DNA of 64,000 nucleotides from an uncultured Alphaproteobacteria bacterium (GTDB lineage Bacteria > Pseudomonadota > Alphaproteobacteria > Rhizobiales > Xanthobacteraceae): positions 12,204 to 76,203 of the forward strand of contig CAWGLP010000006.1 in assembly GCA_963823485.1 (NCBI GenBank), written 5' to 3'. This document shows, in pieces, positions 32,184-42,080 of the stretch. The translations under genes were made by a program, and so were the position numbers. Positions within the stretch are counted from its first letter, which is position 1. Each line of letters opens with the position of its first letter. Below the pieces are notes generated by a model. It made no database searches and had not been told where the DNA came from. It worked only from the letters and a program-made list of their open reading frames with translations.

Positions 32184-33620
32184 ATGAGCGTCGGCCCTGC
32201 GTCCAAACTCTCCGGCTTGTTTCCTGTCCTCGTCGCGGCAACCGTCGCCCTTGCTCCGGGATCGCTGAGCGCGGAAACGCTTGAAATCGGCATCGGCACC
32301 CAGAACACCACGACCAATACGGTAACCGGCGGCGTCGTCCTGAAGGAGCTCGGTCTGCTCGAGAAGCACCTGCCGAAGACCGGCAAGTACAAGGATTTCC
32401 AGTACAAGCTGAGCTGGCAGAACGCGACATCAGGGCCGCCGATCACCAACGGCATGATGGCCAACAACATCCAGATCGGCATGATGGGCGACTATCCGCT
32501 GATGGTGAATGGCGCCACCGGCCAGGCCACCAAGAACGAAACGCAGCTCGTCGCCATCATCGCCTATAATGCCGTCGGCGGCGGCAACGGCATCGTCGTC
32601 CACAAGGACTCGCCGTTCTACGAACTCGCCGATCTCAAGGGCAAGAACGTATCGGTGCCGTTCGGCTCGGCGGCTCACGGCATGATGCTCACCTCGCTGC
32701 AGAAGCGCGGATTGCCGCCCGATTTCTGGAGCCTGGTTTCGCAGTCGCCGGAAGTCGGCACCACCAACCTGCAGGAAAAGCGCATCGACGCGCATGGCGA
32801 TTTCGTGCCGTTCGCCGAACTGCTGCCGTTCAAGGGCTTCGCCCGCAAGATCTACGACGGCGCCGAGACCAAGACTCCGACCTTTCACGGTGTCGTGGTG
32901 CGCAAGGATTTTGGCGAGAAGTATCCCGAGATCGTGGTGGCCTACATCAACGCCCTGATGGAAGCCAACGACTGGATGCGCAAGAATCCAAAGTTTGCGG
33001 CCGAGAAGATCGAGGAATGGACCAAGATCAACAAGGAAGTGGTCTACATTTTCCTCGGGCCCGGCGGCGTGCACACGCTCGATGCGACCATCAAGCCGAA
33101 ATGGATCGAGGCGATCGGCGCGAACTACGCGATCCTGCAGAAATTGAACATGATCAAGGAGCTGAATGTCGGCGCCTGGGTTAACGACAGCTATGTGCGC
33201 CAGGCCTACAAGGGGCTGGGACTGGATTACGACAAGCAGCTCGCCTCGTTCGACACCTATAATGTCACGGGTACCGATCCGGTCTGCAACACCGCGGTCA
33301 ACGATCCCCGGAAGACGGGCGAGATCTGGATCCAGGGCGGCGACATCGTGCCGTTCAGCTCGCCGGTCTGCACGCTGCTCGGCGTGAAGAAATACGGCAG
33401 CGAGGGCAAGAAGTTCAACGCCGTCTATCTGGTCGACCATCAGCTCGGCATCAAGGTCTTCGCTGACGCCGCTTTCTATTCCGTCGGCGGAAGCGATCCG
33501 AAGAAGCCGGACGTGGTGCCGTTCCTGCTCAAGAAGGATGCGGAAGACTATGCGGCCAAGAATGGCGGCAAGCTGGCGACCTATGCCGAGGTGCTCGGCG
33601 CCATCAATGTCGGACAATAG
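32184..33620 (+). CDS. NitT/TauT (SsuA-like) ABC substrate-binding protein with a C-terminal TRASH/NosL-like extension
   Basis: Signal peptide, SGPPITNGM, GMMGDYP and VPFGSAAH; C-terminal DPVC...FSSPVC...AFY...PFLLKKDAEDYAAKNGG. Confidence 0.8.
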   Translation: MSVGPASKLSGLFPVLVAATVALAPGSLSAETLEIGIGTQNTTTNTVTGGVVLKELGLLEKHLPKTGKYKDFQYKLSWQNATSGPPITNGMMANNIQIGMMGDYPLMVNGATGQATKNETQLVAIIAYNAVGGGNGIVVHKDSPFYELADLKGKNVSVPFGSAAHGMMLTSLQKRGLPPDFWSLVSQSPEVGTTNLQEKRIDAHGDFVPFAELLPFKGFARKIYDGAETKTPTFHGVVVRKDFGEKYPEIVVAYINALMEANDWMRKNPKFAAEKIEEWTKINKEVVYIFLGPGGVHTLDATIKPKWIEAIGANYAILQKLNMIKELNVGAWVNDSYVRQAYKGLGLDYDKQLASFDTYNVTGTDPVCNTAVNDPRKTGEIWIQGGDIVPFSSPVCTLLGVKKYGSEGKKFNAVYLVDHQLGIKVFADAAFYSVGGSDPKKPDVVPFLLKKDAEDYAAKNGGKLATYAEVLGAINVGQ

Positions 33621-33629
33621 GGGGCAGCA

Positions 33630-34616
33630 ATGGGCAGCCTGGCAAGTGCGAAGATCGTAGCGCTCCCGATGGCCGACAAGCACCCCGATCCCGAGCCGGC
33701 GCCGGTCGTGCGCTCTTCCACGACGGAAGCGCCGGCGTCAACAGCGGCATCGAAACCGCCGGCGCAGGAGCCGGAGGCGATTGCCACGGTCTCGCTTACC
33801 AGCGTCTTCAGGAGCCTGCTGGCGAAGATAACCCGTGAGCGGATCATCACCGCCGCGCTGGCCTGTGTCTCGCTCGGAGCGCTGTTTCTGTTCTGGTATC
33901 TCGGGACCAAGTACCGGCTCGAGTTCTACATCCGCTTCAAGAACGTTCCGACCCCCTACGAGGTGTTCCAGCAACTGACGCAGGTCGGGCTCTCCAACAA
34001 GTACCTCTTTAACATCGCCATCAGCGTCCGGCGCATCCTAATGGGTTTCCTCATCGCCATGGCGGTCGGCGTTCCCATGGGACTTGCGATCGGGAAGTAT
34101 CAGCGCGTGCGCGACCTGTTCATGCCCGTGATCGAGGTGCTACGGCCGATCCCGGCAATCGCCTGGGTTCCGATGTCGATCATGCTGTGGCCGAACAACG
34201 AGGCCAGCATCGTCTTCATCACCTTCATCGGCGCCTTCTTTCCGATCCTGCTCAACACCATCCACGGCGTGCATTCGCTCGACGGAGTGTTGCTGAGGGC
34301 GGCACGATGCCTTGGCGCAGGGGAATTCCGGCTGTTTCTCAACGTGATTCTGCCCGGCTCGCTGCCGCACATCTTCACCGGCCTCGCCGTCGGCATGGGC
34401 GTGGCCTGGGTATCCCTGATCGCTGCCGAGATGATCTCGGGCCAGTTCGGTGTCGGCTACTTCACCTGGGAAGCCTACTCGTTGGTCGATTATCCCGCGA
34501 TCGTGCTCGGCATGATCACGATCGGTTTTCTTGGATTGGCCTGCAGCGGCATCATCCGGATGGTCGGTAGCCTGCTGATGCCCTGGCTCGCATTTGCACC
34601 CGGAGGAAAGCGATGA
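33630..34616 (+). CDS. NitT/TauT ABC permease
   Basis: LRPIPAIAWVP, EAA-like LRAARCLGA and LIAAEM. Confidence 0.9.
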   Translation: MGSLASAKIVALPMADKHPDPEPAPVVRSSTTEAPASTAASKPPAQEPEAIATVSLTSVFRSLLAKITRERIITAALACVSLGALFLFWYLGTKYRLEFYIRFKNVPTPYEVFQQLTQVGLSNKYLFNIAISVRRILMGFLIAMAVGVPMGLAIGKYQRVRDLFMPVIEVLRPIPAIAWVPMSIMLWPNNEASIVFITFIGAFFPILLNTIHGVHSLDGVLLRAARCLGAGEFRLFLNVILPGSLPHIFTGLAVGMGVAWVSLIAAEMISGQFGVGYFTWEAYSLVDYPAIVLGMITIGFLGLACSGIIRMVGSLLMPWLAFAPGGKR

Positions 34617-35485
34617 CGATGGCAATGGCTGAAACCCAGAAGGGCTTCATCGACGTACGCGACATGGGCGTGATCTTCGGCGCCAACGACAACAAGGTGG
34701 TGGCTGTGGAGAGCGTGTCGCTCAACGTCCAGCCCGGCGAGTTCGTCTCGCTGATCGGTCCCTCCGGCTGCGGCAAGTCGACCTTGCTCAGCATCGTGGC
34801 CGGCTTCGTCAAGCCGACGAGCGGCAAGGCCACGCTCGATGGCCAGGCGATCACCAAACCCGGTTCGGACCGGGGCGTCGTGTTTCAGCAATACTCGCTG
34901 TTTCCGTGGCTCTCGGTACGCAAGAACGTCGAGTTCGGGCTGAAGATGGCCGGCGTTGAACAGAGCAAGCGCAACACCACGGCGCGGGCGCTGCTCGATC
35001 TCGCAGGCCTGCTCTCGTTCGAGAATCATTATCCGGACCAGCTCTCCGGCGGCATGAAACAGCGCATCGGCATCGTTCGCGCACTGGCAACCAGTCCGCA
35101 GGTTCTGCTGATGGATGAGCCGTTCGGTGCGCTCGACACGCAGACACGCGTCGTGATGCAGGAGATCCTCACCAACATCTGGCAACAGTTCAAGATCTCA
35201 GTGCTCTTCATCACGCACGATATCGAGGAATCGATTTTCCTTTCCGACCGGATCTACGTCATGACCGCGCGGCCGGGACGCATCAAGGCGGAGATCAAGG
35301 TGCCGCTGCCGCGTCCGCGTCGTGCGGAGATGACCGATACGCCGGAGTTCATGGGCCTGGTGCAGGAACTGAAGGGCCTCATTCGCGAGGAGTCGCTCGC
35401 GGCCATGGCTCCGGAGATCAAGGATCGAGGCCTCTCTGGCTTTGGAATGAAAGTGGGACCGAAAGGAGTAGGTGAAATCTTCTGA
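34613..35485 (+). CDS. NitT/TauT ABC ATPase
   Basis: GPSGCGKST, LSGGMKQR and MDEPFGALD. Confidence 0.92.
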   Translation: MTMAMAETQKGFIDVRDMGVIFGANDNKVVAVESVSLNVQPGEFVSLIGPSGCGKSTLLSIVAGFVKPTSGKATLDGQAITKPGSDRGVVFQQYSLFPWLSVRKNVEFGLKMAGVEQSKRNTTARALLDLAGLLSFENHYPDQLSGGMKQRIGIVRALATSPQVLLMDEPFGALDTQTRVVMQEILTNIWQQFKISVLFITHDIEESIFLSDRIYVMTARPGRIKAEIKVPLPRPRRAEMTDTPEFMGLVQELKGLIREESLAAMAPEIKDRGLSGFGMKVGPKGVGEIF

Positions 35486-35609
35486 CAAAATTTTGAAAGT
35501 CGCGGCCGCACAGGCGCGAGAGAAACACCAACGACTAAACCAAAGGAAAGACGCAAGGAGCGCGCGCGTCAACGACGACCTGCGCCTGCGTCACAGATCG
35601 GAGAATTCA

Positions 35610-36977
35610 ATGGCAAAGAAACCAAACATTCTGTTTTTTCACGTCGACAACCTCGGCATGGGCGAACTCGGTTGCTACGGCGGCGGCATTCTGCGCGGCG
35701 CCGACACCAAGCGCATGGACGCGTTCGCCAAGCAAGGCGTCAAGCTGACGCATTATGTCGTCGAGCCGCAATGCACGCCAACTCGCTCGGCGCTGATGAC
35801 CGGACGTTTCCCGATCCGCTCGGGCAACCACACCATCGCGCTCGGCGGCAACGGCGGCGGCATCGTCAAGTGGGAGCGCACCATCGGTTCGATCCTGTCG
35901 GAAGCCGGCTACGCCACTTCGATCTACGGCAAGTGGCACATCGGCGCCGAGGACGGCCGTTTCCCGACCGATCATGGTTTTGACGAGTGGTATGGCCCCT
36001 TGCGCACCTACGACGAATGCATGTGGCTGACCGACCCGCATTACGTCGCGGAACGCGACGGCTTCTCGCACATGCATGAGGGCGTCAAGGGCAAGGGCGC
36101 GTGGCCGCTCAAGGACGAGCAGCTCACGATGGAGACCAAGAAGACCTGCGATCTCGAATACCAGAAGCGCGCCATCAAGTTCATGGAAAAATCCGTCAAG
36201 GCGGACAAGCCGTTCTACTGCTACTTCAATCACTCGCTGATGCACTTCCCGATGAGCCCGCGCGATGAATTCGTCGGCAAGAGCACCAACGGCGACTGGG
36301 GCGACTGCCTCTTGATGCTGGACCACGATTTCGGCGTGCTGCTCGACAAGCTGGACGAACTCGGCGTTGCCGACAACACCATCGTCGTGATGTGCGGCGA
36401 CAACGGTGCCGAAGACCATCTGGCGGGCCGCGGCACCGGCGGTTTCTTCGATGGCTCCTACTTCAGTTCGGCCGAAGGCGGCATCCGCACCCCGCTGCTG
36501 ATCCGTTGGCCGGAGCGGATTCCGGCAGGCGTCGAGAGCAACGAGATGGTTCATGTCACTGACATGTTCACCACGCTGCTGTCGATGACCGGCTGCAAGG
36601 CGCCCGCGGATCGGCTGATCGACGGCGTCGACCAGAGCCCGTTCTTTCTTGGAAAGCAGGAAACCTCCAACCGCGAATCCTGCATCGTTTGGCTCAAGGA
36701 CGAATTGCACGCTGTGAAGTGGAAGGACTTCAAGATCAACTTCAAGCGGCAGCAGCATTTCCACGATCCGGAACTGGCGCTCGGCTTTGCCCGCATCACG
36801 CATCTGAAGGAAGACCCGAAGGAGCGGGACGCCGTCAACCAGCGATACGTGCGCTGGTGGGTGATGCAGCACGCCCAACGCATCATCAGGGATTTCGAGG
36901 AGAGCGCCAAGAAGGAGGAACTGATTCCACCGGGTGCGGCGCTCGACTTCGTGCCGAAGCAGCACGCAAAGGGCTGA
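35610..36977 (+). CDS. Cys-type arylsulfatase, cytoplasmic
   Basis: KPNILF, formylglycine motif CTPTR-SALMTG, GKWHIG and GDNG; no signal peptide. Confidence 0.9.
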   Translation: MAKKPNILFFHVDNLGMGELGCYGGGILRGADTKRMDAFAKQGVKLTHYVVEPQCTPTRSALMTGRFPIRSGNHTIALGGNGGGIVKWERTIGSILSEAGYATSIYGKWHIGAEDGRFPTDHGFDEWYGPLRTYDECMWLTDPHYVAERDGFSHMHEGVKGKGAWPLKDEQLTMETKKTCDLEYQKRAIKFMEKSVKADKPFYCYFNHSLMHFPMSPRDEFVGKSTNGDWGDCLLMLDHDFGVLLDKLDELGVADNTIVVMCGDNGAEDHLAGRGTGGFFDGSYFSSAEGGIRTPLLIRWPERIPAGVESNEMVHVTDMFTTLLSMTGCKAPADRLIDGVDQSPFFLGKQETSNRESCIVWLKDELHAVKWKDFKINFKRQQHFHDPELALGFARITHLKEDPKERDAVNQRYVRWWVMQHAQRIIRDFEESAKKEELIPPGAALDFVPKQHAKG

Positions 36978-36982
36978 ATGCG

Positions 36983-37990
36983 ATGACTGCACCGACGAGA
37001 GCGGAAACGATCGTGCATGGTGCGGCCGGCTATCGCCGGGGGCAGGGCTGTTGCTCTGCTTCCGGCCAGGCCAAAGCGGCTCTTGCGCCCGATCTGGTCG
37101 AGCTCGAATCCATGAACTGGATCGCGGGCGGCGCCTTTCTGATGGGCTCCAACAGCTTCTATCGGGAGGAGCGCCCGGTTCGTCCGGAGTTCGTCGAGGG
37201 CTTCTGGATCGACGTCTATCCCGTCACCAATGCCGAATTCCGGAAGTTCGTCGAGGCGACCGGATACGTTACCTATTCGGAACGTCCGCCGATCCCGACG
37301 ATGTATCCCGATGCAGACCCCGCGCTGCTGGTGCCGGGCTCGCTGGTATTCGTCAAACCCGATCGCCCGGTCAGCCTGCGCAACCATCTGGCCTGGTGGG
37401 AGTACCGGCCCGGGGCGGACTGGCGTCATCCGCAAGGACCGGGAAGTTCGATCGCCGGCCGCGACGATCACCCGGTCGTTCATGTTGCCTATGAGGACGC
37501 GCTCGCCTATGCGGCATGGTGCGGCAAGGAGTTGCCGACCGAAGCCGAGTGGGAATACGCCGCACGCGGCGGGCTCGAAGGCAAGGCCTATCCGTGGGGC
37601 GATGCGGCTCATCCCGAAGGACGGTTTCTGTCCAACACCTGGCAGGGCCGCTTCCCTCATGAGAATCTCGCCGAGGATGGATATGAGGGGACCTCGCCGG
37701 TCGACGCATTTCCGACCAATGGCTACGGCCTGTTCGACATGGTCGGCAATGTCTGGGAATGGACATCGAGCCCGTATGACGCGGCGCCGGACCAGCCTCC
37801 ACAATCCTGCTGCCATCCAAATGCAGGCAACGATCGATCGACGCGCCGCGTGGTGAAGGGCGGCTCGCATCTCTGCGCCCCCAATTACTGCCTGCGCGCC
37901 CGCCCGTCGGCCCGTCAGGGCGAAACGGTCAATTCCTCCACCTGTCATATCGGCTTCCGCTGCGTCGTGCGCAAACCTCCGGCGAACTGA
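36983..37990 (+). CDS. Formylglycine-generating enzyme (FGE/SUMF1)
   Basis: FLMGS, LPTEAEWEYAARGG, DMVGNVWEW and KGGSHLCAPNYC with both catalytic Cys; IGFRC. Confidence 0.9.
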   Translation: MTAPTRAETIVHGAAGYRRGQGCCSASGQAKAALAPDLVELESMNWIAGGAFLMGSNSFYREERPVRPEFVEGFWIDVYPVTNAEFRKFVEATGYVTYSERPPIPTMYPDADPALLVPGSLVFVKPDRPVSLRNHLAWWEYRPGADWRHPQGPGSSIAGRDDHPVVHVAYEDALAYAAWCGKELPTEAEWEYAARGGLEGKAYPWGDAAHPEGRFLSNTWQGRFPHENLAEDGYEGTSPVDAFPTNGYGLFDMVGNVWEWTSSPYDAAPDQPPQSCCHPNAGNDRSTRRVVKGGSHLCAPNYCLRARPSARQGETVNSSTCHIGFRCVVRKPPAN

Positions 37991-38044
37991 CGAGAACCGG
38001 CCGCCCGACCTCAACAGGCTCCAACATTTTTTCGGACAGATATC

Positions 38045-39553
38045 ATGCAAACCGCCAGCCCCGCCGTCACGCAATCCGAGTATGAGGACTCGCCGTCGAT
38101 CCTTGCGGTGCTTCGCGCGCCCAACCTCTTCATCCGGGAATCGCTGGCTGGCGTCATCACGGCGCTGGCGCTGATTCCGGAGGTGATTTCATTCTCGTTC
38201 GTCTCAGGCGTCGATCCGAAGGTGGCGCTGGTCGCCTCCATCGTGTTGTGCCTTGTGATGTCCGTTCTCGGCGGCAGGCCCGCCATGGTCACCGCTGCGG
38301 CCGGGTCGATCGCGCTGGTGATCGGACCGATGGTGAAGGTGCATGGGGTCGGCTACATCCTGCCGACCATCCTTCTCGCCGGCATGATCCAGATCGCCTT
38401 CGGCCTTGCCGGGCTGGCGCGGCTGACGCGCTTCATCCCGCGTTCGGTGATGATCGGATTCGTCAACGCACTCGGCATTCTGATCTTTGCCGCACAAGTG
38501 CCCCACATTTTCAACGTTCCCTGGCTGGTCTACCCGCTGTTTGCGCTGACGATTGCCATCGTCCTGCTCATGCCGCGGATCACCACCGCCGTGCCGGCGC
38601 CGCTGGTCGCCATCATCGTCGTGACCTCGATCGTCATCCTGGGCCACCTGACGGTGCCCAATGTCGGCGGCGAGGGCACGATGACGCCGGGGCTGCCGGG
38701 CATCACAGCCTTTGTTGTCCCGCTCGACCTCAATACGCTGCAGATCATCTGGCCCACTGCGATCAGCGTTGCCTTTGTCGGCCTGCTGGAGACGCTGCTG
38801 ACGGCCAAGCTGGTCGATGATCTGACCGACACGAGATCGCACAAGGGCAAGGAATCCTGGGCGCTCGGCGTTGCCAATATCGCCGCCGGCTTCTATGGCG
38901 GCATCGGCGGTTGCGCAATGATCGCCCAGACGGTCGTCAACGTGAAAATCGGGCAGGGCCGCACCCGCCTCTCGACCGCGGCTGCCGCCATCGTGCTGCT
39001 GGTTCTGGTGACGGCGCTCAGCGACCTGATGGCGCAAATACCGATGGTCGCACTCGCGGCGGTCATGATGATCGCCGCGCTCAAGACGATCGACTGGCAC
39101 AGCGTCCGGCCGGCAACGTTCAAGCGCATGCCGATCCCGGAAACGATGGTCATGGTGACGACCGTCGCGGTGACCGTCGTCACCGGCAACCTCGCGATCG
39201 GTATCGCCTTCGGCGTGCTGCTGGCGATGGTGCTGTTCGCGCGCCGGGTTGCTCACGTCATTCGCGCCGAGCGTACCGTCAGCATGGACGGAGTGTCGGT
39301 CCGCTACGACGTTCACGGGCCGCTGTTCTTCGGGAGCAGCAACGATCTCGTGGAACGCTTCTCCTACGGTGAGGATCCCAAACGCGTCCTGATCGATCTT
39401 ACCCATTCCCAGATATGGGATGCGTCGAGCGTCGCGGCGCTGGATTCAATCGAGACCAAGTATCGCGAGCACGGCGCGACGGTTACCTTCACCGGGCTCG
39501 ACCAGCGCAGTTCCTCGTTTCACCAGCGCCTGACGGGTCAGCTCGGTGCCTAA
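38045..39553 (+). CDS. SulP family anion transporter with STAS domain
   Basis: ALIPEVISFS, GLLETLLTA, GGCAMIAQT and STAS motif GPLFFGS...WDAS. Confidence 0.9.
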   Translation: MQTASPAVTQSEYEDSPSILAVLRAPNLFIRESLAGVITALALIPEVISFSFVSGVDPKVALVASIVLCLVMSVLGGRPAMVTAAAGSIALVIGPMVKVHGVGYILPTILLAGMIQIAFGLAGLARLTRFIPRSVMIGFVNALGILIFAAQVPHIFNVPWLVYPLFALTIAIVLLMPRITTAVPAPLVAIIVVTSIVILGHLTVPNVGGEGTMTPGLPGITAFVVPLDLNTLQIIWPTAISVAFVGLLETLLTAKLVDDLTDTRSHKGKESWALGVANIAAGFYGGIGGCAMIAQTVVNVKIGQGRTRLSTAAAAIVLLVLVTALSDLMAQIPMVALAAVMMIAALKTIDWHSVRPATFKRMPIPETMVMVTTVAVTVVTGNLAIGIAFGVLLAMVLFARRVAHVIRAERTVSMDGVSVRYDVHGPLFFGSSNDLVERFSYGEDPKRVLIDLTHSQIWDASSVAALDSIETKYREHGATVTFTGLDQRSSSFHQRLTGQLGA

Positions 39554-39587
39554 GGTCTGGGGAATGCGGGACGAAAGGACGTCTTCG

Positions 39588-39725
39588 ATGGCCATCTTGC
39601 AATGGATATCGAGCTTCGCCGGCAAAATCATCCGAGCCTGGTCGGGCCGCTATCGGCCTGAGCAGCACTATATGCGCGGGACCGGGCCGGCGTCGAAACG
39701 AAACCAGCGCCAAGGTGTGCGCTGA
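39588..39725 (+). CDS. 45-aa microprotein with a YRPEQHYMRGxGP motif (not in the ORF track)
   Basis: AAGGA RBS; MAILQWISSFAGKIIRAWSGRYRPEQHYMRGTGPASKRNQRQGVR*. Confidence 0.5.
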   Translation: MAILQWISSFAGKIIRAWSGRYRPEQHYMRGTGPASKRNQRQGVR

Positions 39726-39740
39726 TCAAGTGTGGTGGTG

Positions 39741-40283
39741 CTACGACTTGCCGCCCGGTTCCGGCGACTTGCCGACCAGGCCGCGAAATGGCTGGAAGGT
39801 CTGCCTGGCCAGCCGGCTGTGCAGTTCGCAGATCTTTTGCGACTCGGAAACCGAGGTTTCGTAAGCGCGTTTCATGAATTCGGTTTGCACCGTCATCGCC
39901 TTGTCGAGTGACCGGACACCGCTGAGCTCTTCGAAAAACGATCCGAATTGCTCGAACGATTTCCTGGTGTAGTCACGATACGCATTCGCGATGGTCTGCA
40001 GGCTGACCGATGCAGGTTCGGATAGCGTGGGAGCAACCGGCGGCGGAACTTCGACCGGTGTGACTTCGGCATCGGGCTGCATGGTCACGGTCGGTTCGGG
40101 GGCCACCTCGGCCACCGTTGCGATCTCGGCGGGAACGGGTTCCGACAGTTCAGGCTGCGGCTCAGGGCTTTGCAGTTGAACCGGGGCCTGGGGCTCCACG
40201 GCATTCGCTTTTTTGGCCGGTTCGCTCTTCCGCTTGCGCTTTCCGGATTTGCCGGCCGGCTTGATCTGATCGGTACTCGACAT
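39741..40283 (-). CDS. Phasin-domain protein with a Lys-rich and Pro/Glu-rich N-terminus
   Basis: C-terminal LQTIANAYRDYTRKSFE...SLDKAMTVQTEFMKRAYE...ESQKI matches the phasin_2 pattern. Confidence 0.75.
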   Translation of the reverse strand: MSSTDQIKPAGKSGKRKRKSEPAKKANAVEPQAPVQLQSPEPQPELSEPVPAEIATVAEVAPEPTVTMQPDAEVTPVEVPPPVAPTLSEPASVSLQTIANAYRDYTRKSFEQFGSFFEELSGVRSLDKAMTVQTEFMKRAYETSVSESQKICELHSRLARQTFQPFRGLVGKSPEPGGKS

Positions 40284-40495
40284 TCTCTTCTCCAATGTCA
40301 GAACGAAGGACGAGACTCTGCCATGTTTGCGATGGAATCGCGGTTGTTGCTTGTCGGCCGCACGGCGTCCGCGTGGTGAGATTTTGAACCGTGGCGTCAG
40401 CGAAAGATTTGTTCCGCTCGCGCCGGGCTGGCCCATTCCTCATCACACATTTTCCATGATATCGATTTCATATCACGCCGAGGGGACAATTGACC

Positions 40496-40696
40496 ATGAA
40501 TTCGCAGTCAGTCGCCGGGGTCCTGGGTGCCATCGTCGCGTCGATCGTGCTGGTGGCAGCGGTCGCCTACGGGCCGCTCGGGCAGTTCGGCAAGCCGGCG
40601 AAACCGGCCAGCGTTCAGCAGCCGGCGCAGGCGGTCCAGCCAGTCCCCGCCGCGCCAGCCCCTCGCGGGCCGGTGATTCGGGATGTGCCGAACTAA
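40496..40696 (+). CDS. Small membrane-anchored Pro-rich protein
   Basis: GAGGGG RBS, N-terminal TM helix, P/A/Q-rich tail. Confidence 0.55.
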   Translation: MNSQSVAGVLGAIVASIVLVAAVAYGPLGQFGKPAKPASVQQPAQAVQPVPAAPAPRGPVIRDVPN

Positions 40697-40942
40697 ATCG
40701 GTCGGCCAGCCCCTTGCGAATGGCGCGCAGCTTTCCTATTTAGCTTTTAACGGCGACGTTGACGCTTCATAGCTCCGGCGCTGGGACGACCATGAATGGT
40801 TTGGCTGCGCCGGATGTACGCGCGCCCTCTGTTCGTGGTCGTTGGCATTTTGGGGGAGCTTTACCCCCGTTTTCCCCTGCCATCTCAGGTTCTTCCGGCC
40901 CGCCTTGGCATGTCCGGCGGCGGCGGTTATACGCTGGCGATC

Positions 40943-42073
40943 ATGAACGAAGCCATCAGACCGGAACCCGAAACCCTGTCGCAAGCCGTTTTGCCCGAGC
41001 TTGCGGTCGTCGTCCCGACCTTCAACGAACGCGACAATGTCACGGTGCTGTACCGGCGGCTGGAGGCGACGCTGACCGGCATCCGCTGGGAGGTGATCTT
41101 CGTCGACGACAACTCTCCTGATGGCACCTGGGACGTGGTTCGGGGTCTGGCGCGGAAGGACCCCCGGGTTCGCTGCATCCGCCGGATCGGCCGGCGAGGT
41201 CTGTCGGGTGCGTGCATCGAGGGCATCCTGGCGTCGAGCGCGCCCTATGCGGCGGTCATGGACGCCGACTTGCAGCATGACGAAACGCAATTGCCGAAGA
41301 TGTTCGCCCTGCTCAAGGGCGACGAGGCGGAACTGGTGATCGGCAGCCGCTACATCGAGGGCGGCAGCGCCGACAGCTTCAACAAGCAGCGTGCCGGCGC
41401 CAGCGCGCTGGCGACCGAGGTTGCCAAGCGCGCGCTCAAGATCGAGGTGGCCGATCCCATGAGCGGCTTCTTCATGATCCGCCGCGACCGTTTCGAGCAA
41501 CTGGCGCCGGAGCTCTCGACCCAGGGTTTCAAGATCCTGCTCGACGTCATCGCGACCGCACAGGGCAAGCTGCGCACCATCGAGGTTCCCTACACGTTCG
41601 GCTCGCGCCAGCACGGCGAGAGCAAGCTCGATTCCATGGTGGCGCTGGATTTCCTCGGGCTGGTGCTGGCAAAGCTGACCAACGATGTGGTGTCGCTGCG
41701 CTTCCTTCTGTTCGCAATGGTCGGATTGACCGGACTGATCGTGCATCTTGCGGCGCTGTTCATTGCGCTCGAAGTCTTCAAGGCTCCGTTCGCAGAGGCG
41801 CAAGGGATCGGCGCGCTGGTCGCCATGACCAGCAACTTCATCCTGAACAATTTCCTGACCTATCGAGACCAGCGGTTGAAGGGGTTTGCGATCCTGCGCG
41901 GCCTGTTGCTGTTCTATGTCGTGTGCAGTGTCGGGCTGCTAGCCAATGTCGGCGTCGCGTTCTCGGTCTACGACCAGGAGCCGATCTGGTGGCTTGCCGG
42001 TGCGGCAGGCGCATTGATGGGCGTGGTCTGGAACTACGCGATGTCCGGACTATTCGTCTGGCGCAAGCGATGA
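40943..42073 (+). CDS. GT2 polyprenol-phosphate glycosyltransferase fused to a GtrA domain
   Basis: VVPTFNE, VDDNSPDGT, MDADLQHD and GESKLD, followed by a four-TM GtrA-like tail. Confidence 0.9.
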   Translation: MNEAIRPEPETLSQAVLPELAVVVPTFNERDNVTVLYRRLEATLTGIRWEVIFVDDNSPDGTWDVVRGLARKDPRVRCIRRIGRRGLSGACIEGILASSAPYAAVMDADLQHDETQLPKMFALLKGDEAELVIGSRYIEGGSADSFNKQRAGASALATEVAKRALKIEVADPMSGFFMIRRDRFEQLAPELSTQGFKILLDVIATAQGKLRTIEVPYTFGSRQHGESKLDSMVALDFLGLVLAKLTNDVVSLRFLLFAMVGLTGLIVHLAALFIALEVFKAPFAEAQGIGALVAMTSNFILNNFLTYRDQRLKGFAILRGLLLFYVVCSVGLLANVGVAFSVYDQEPIWWLAGAAGALMGVVWNYAMSGLFVWRKR

Positions 42074-42080
42074 CCGGGAA

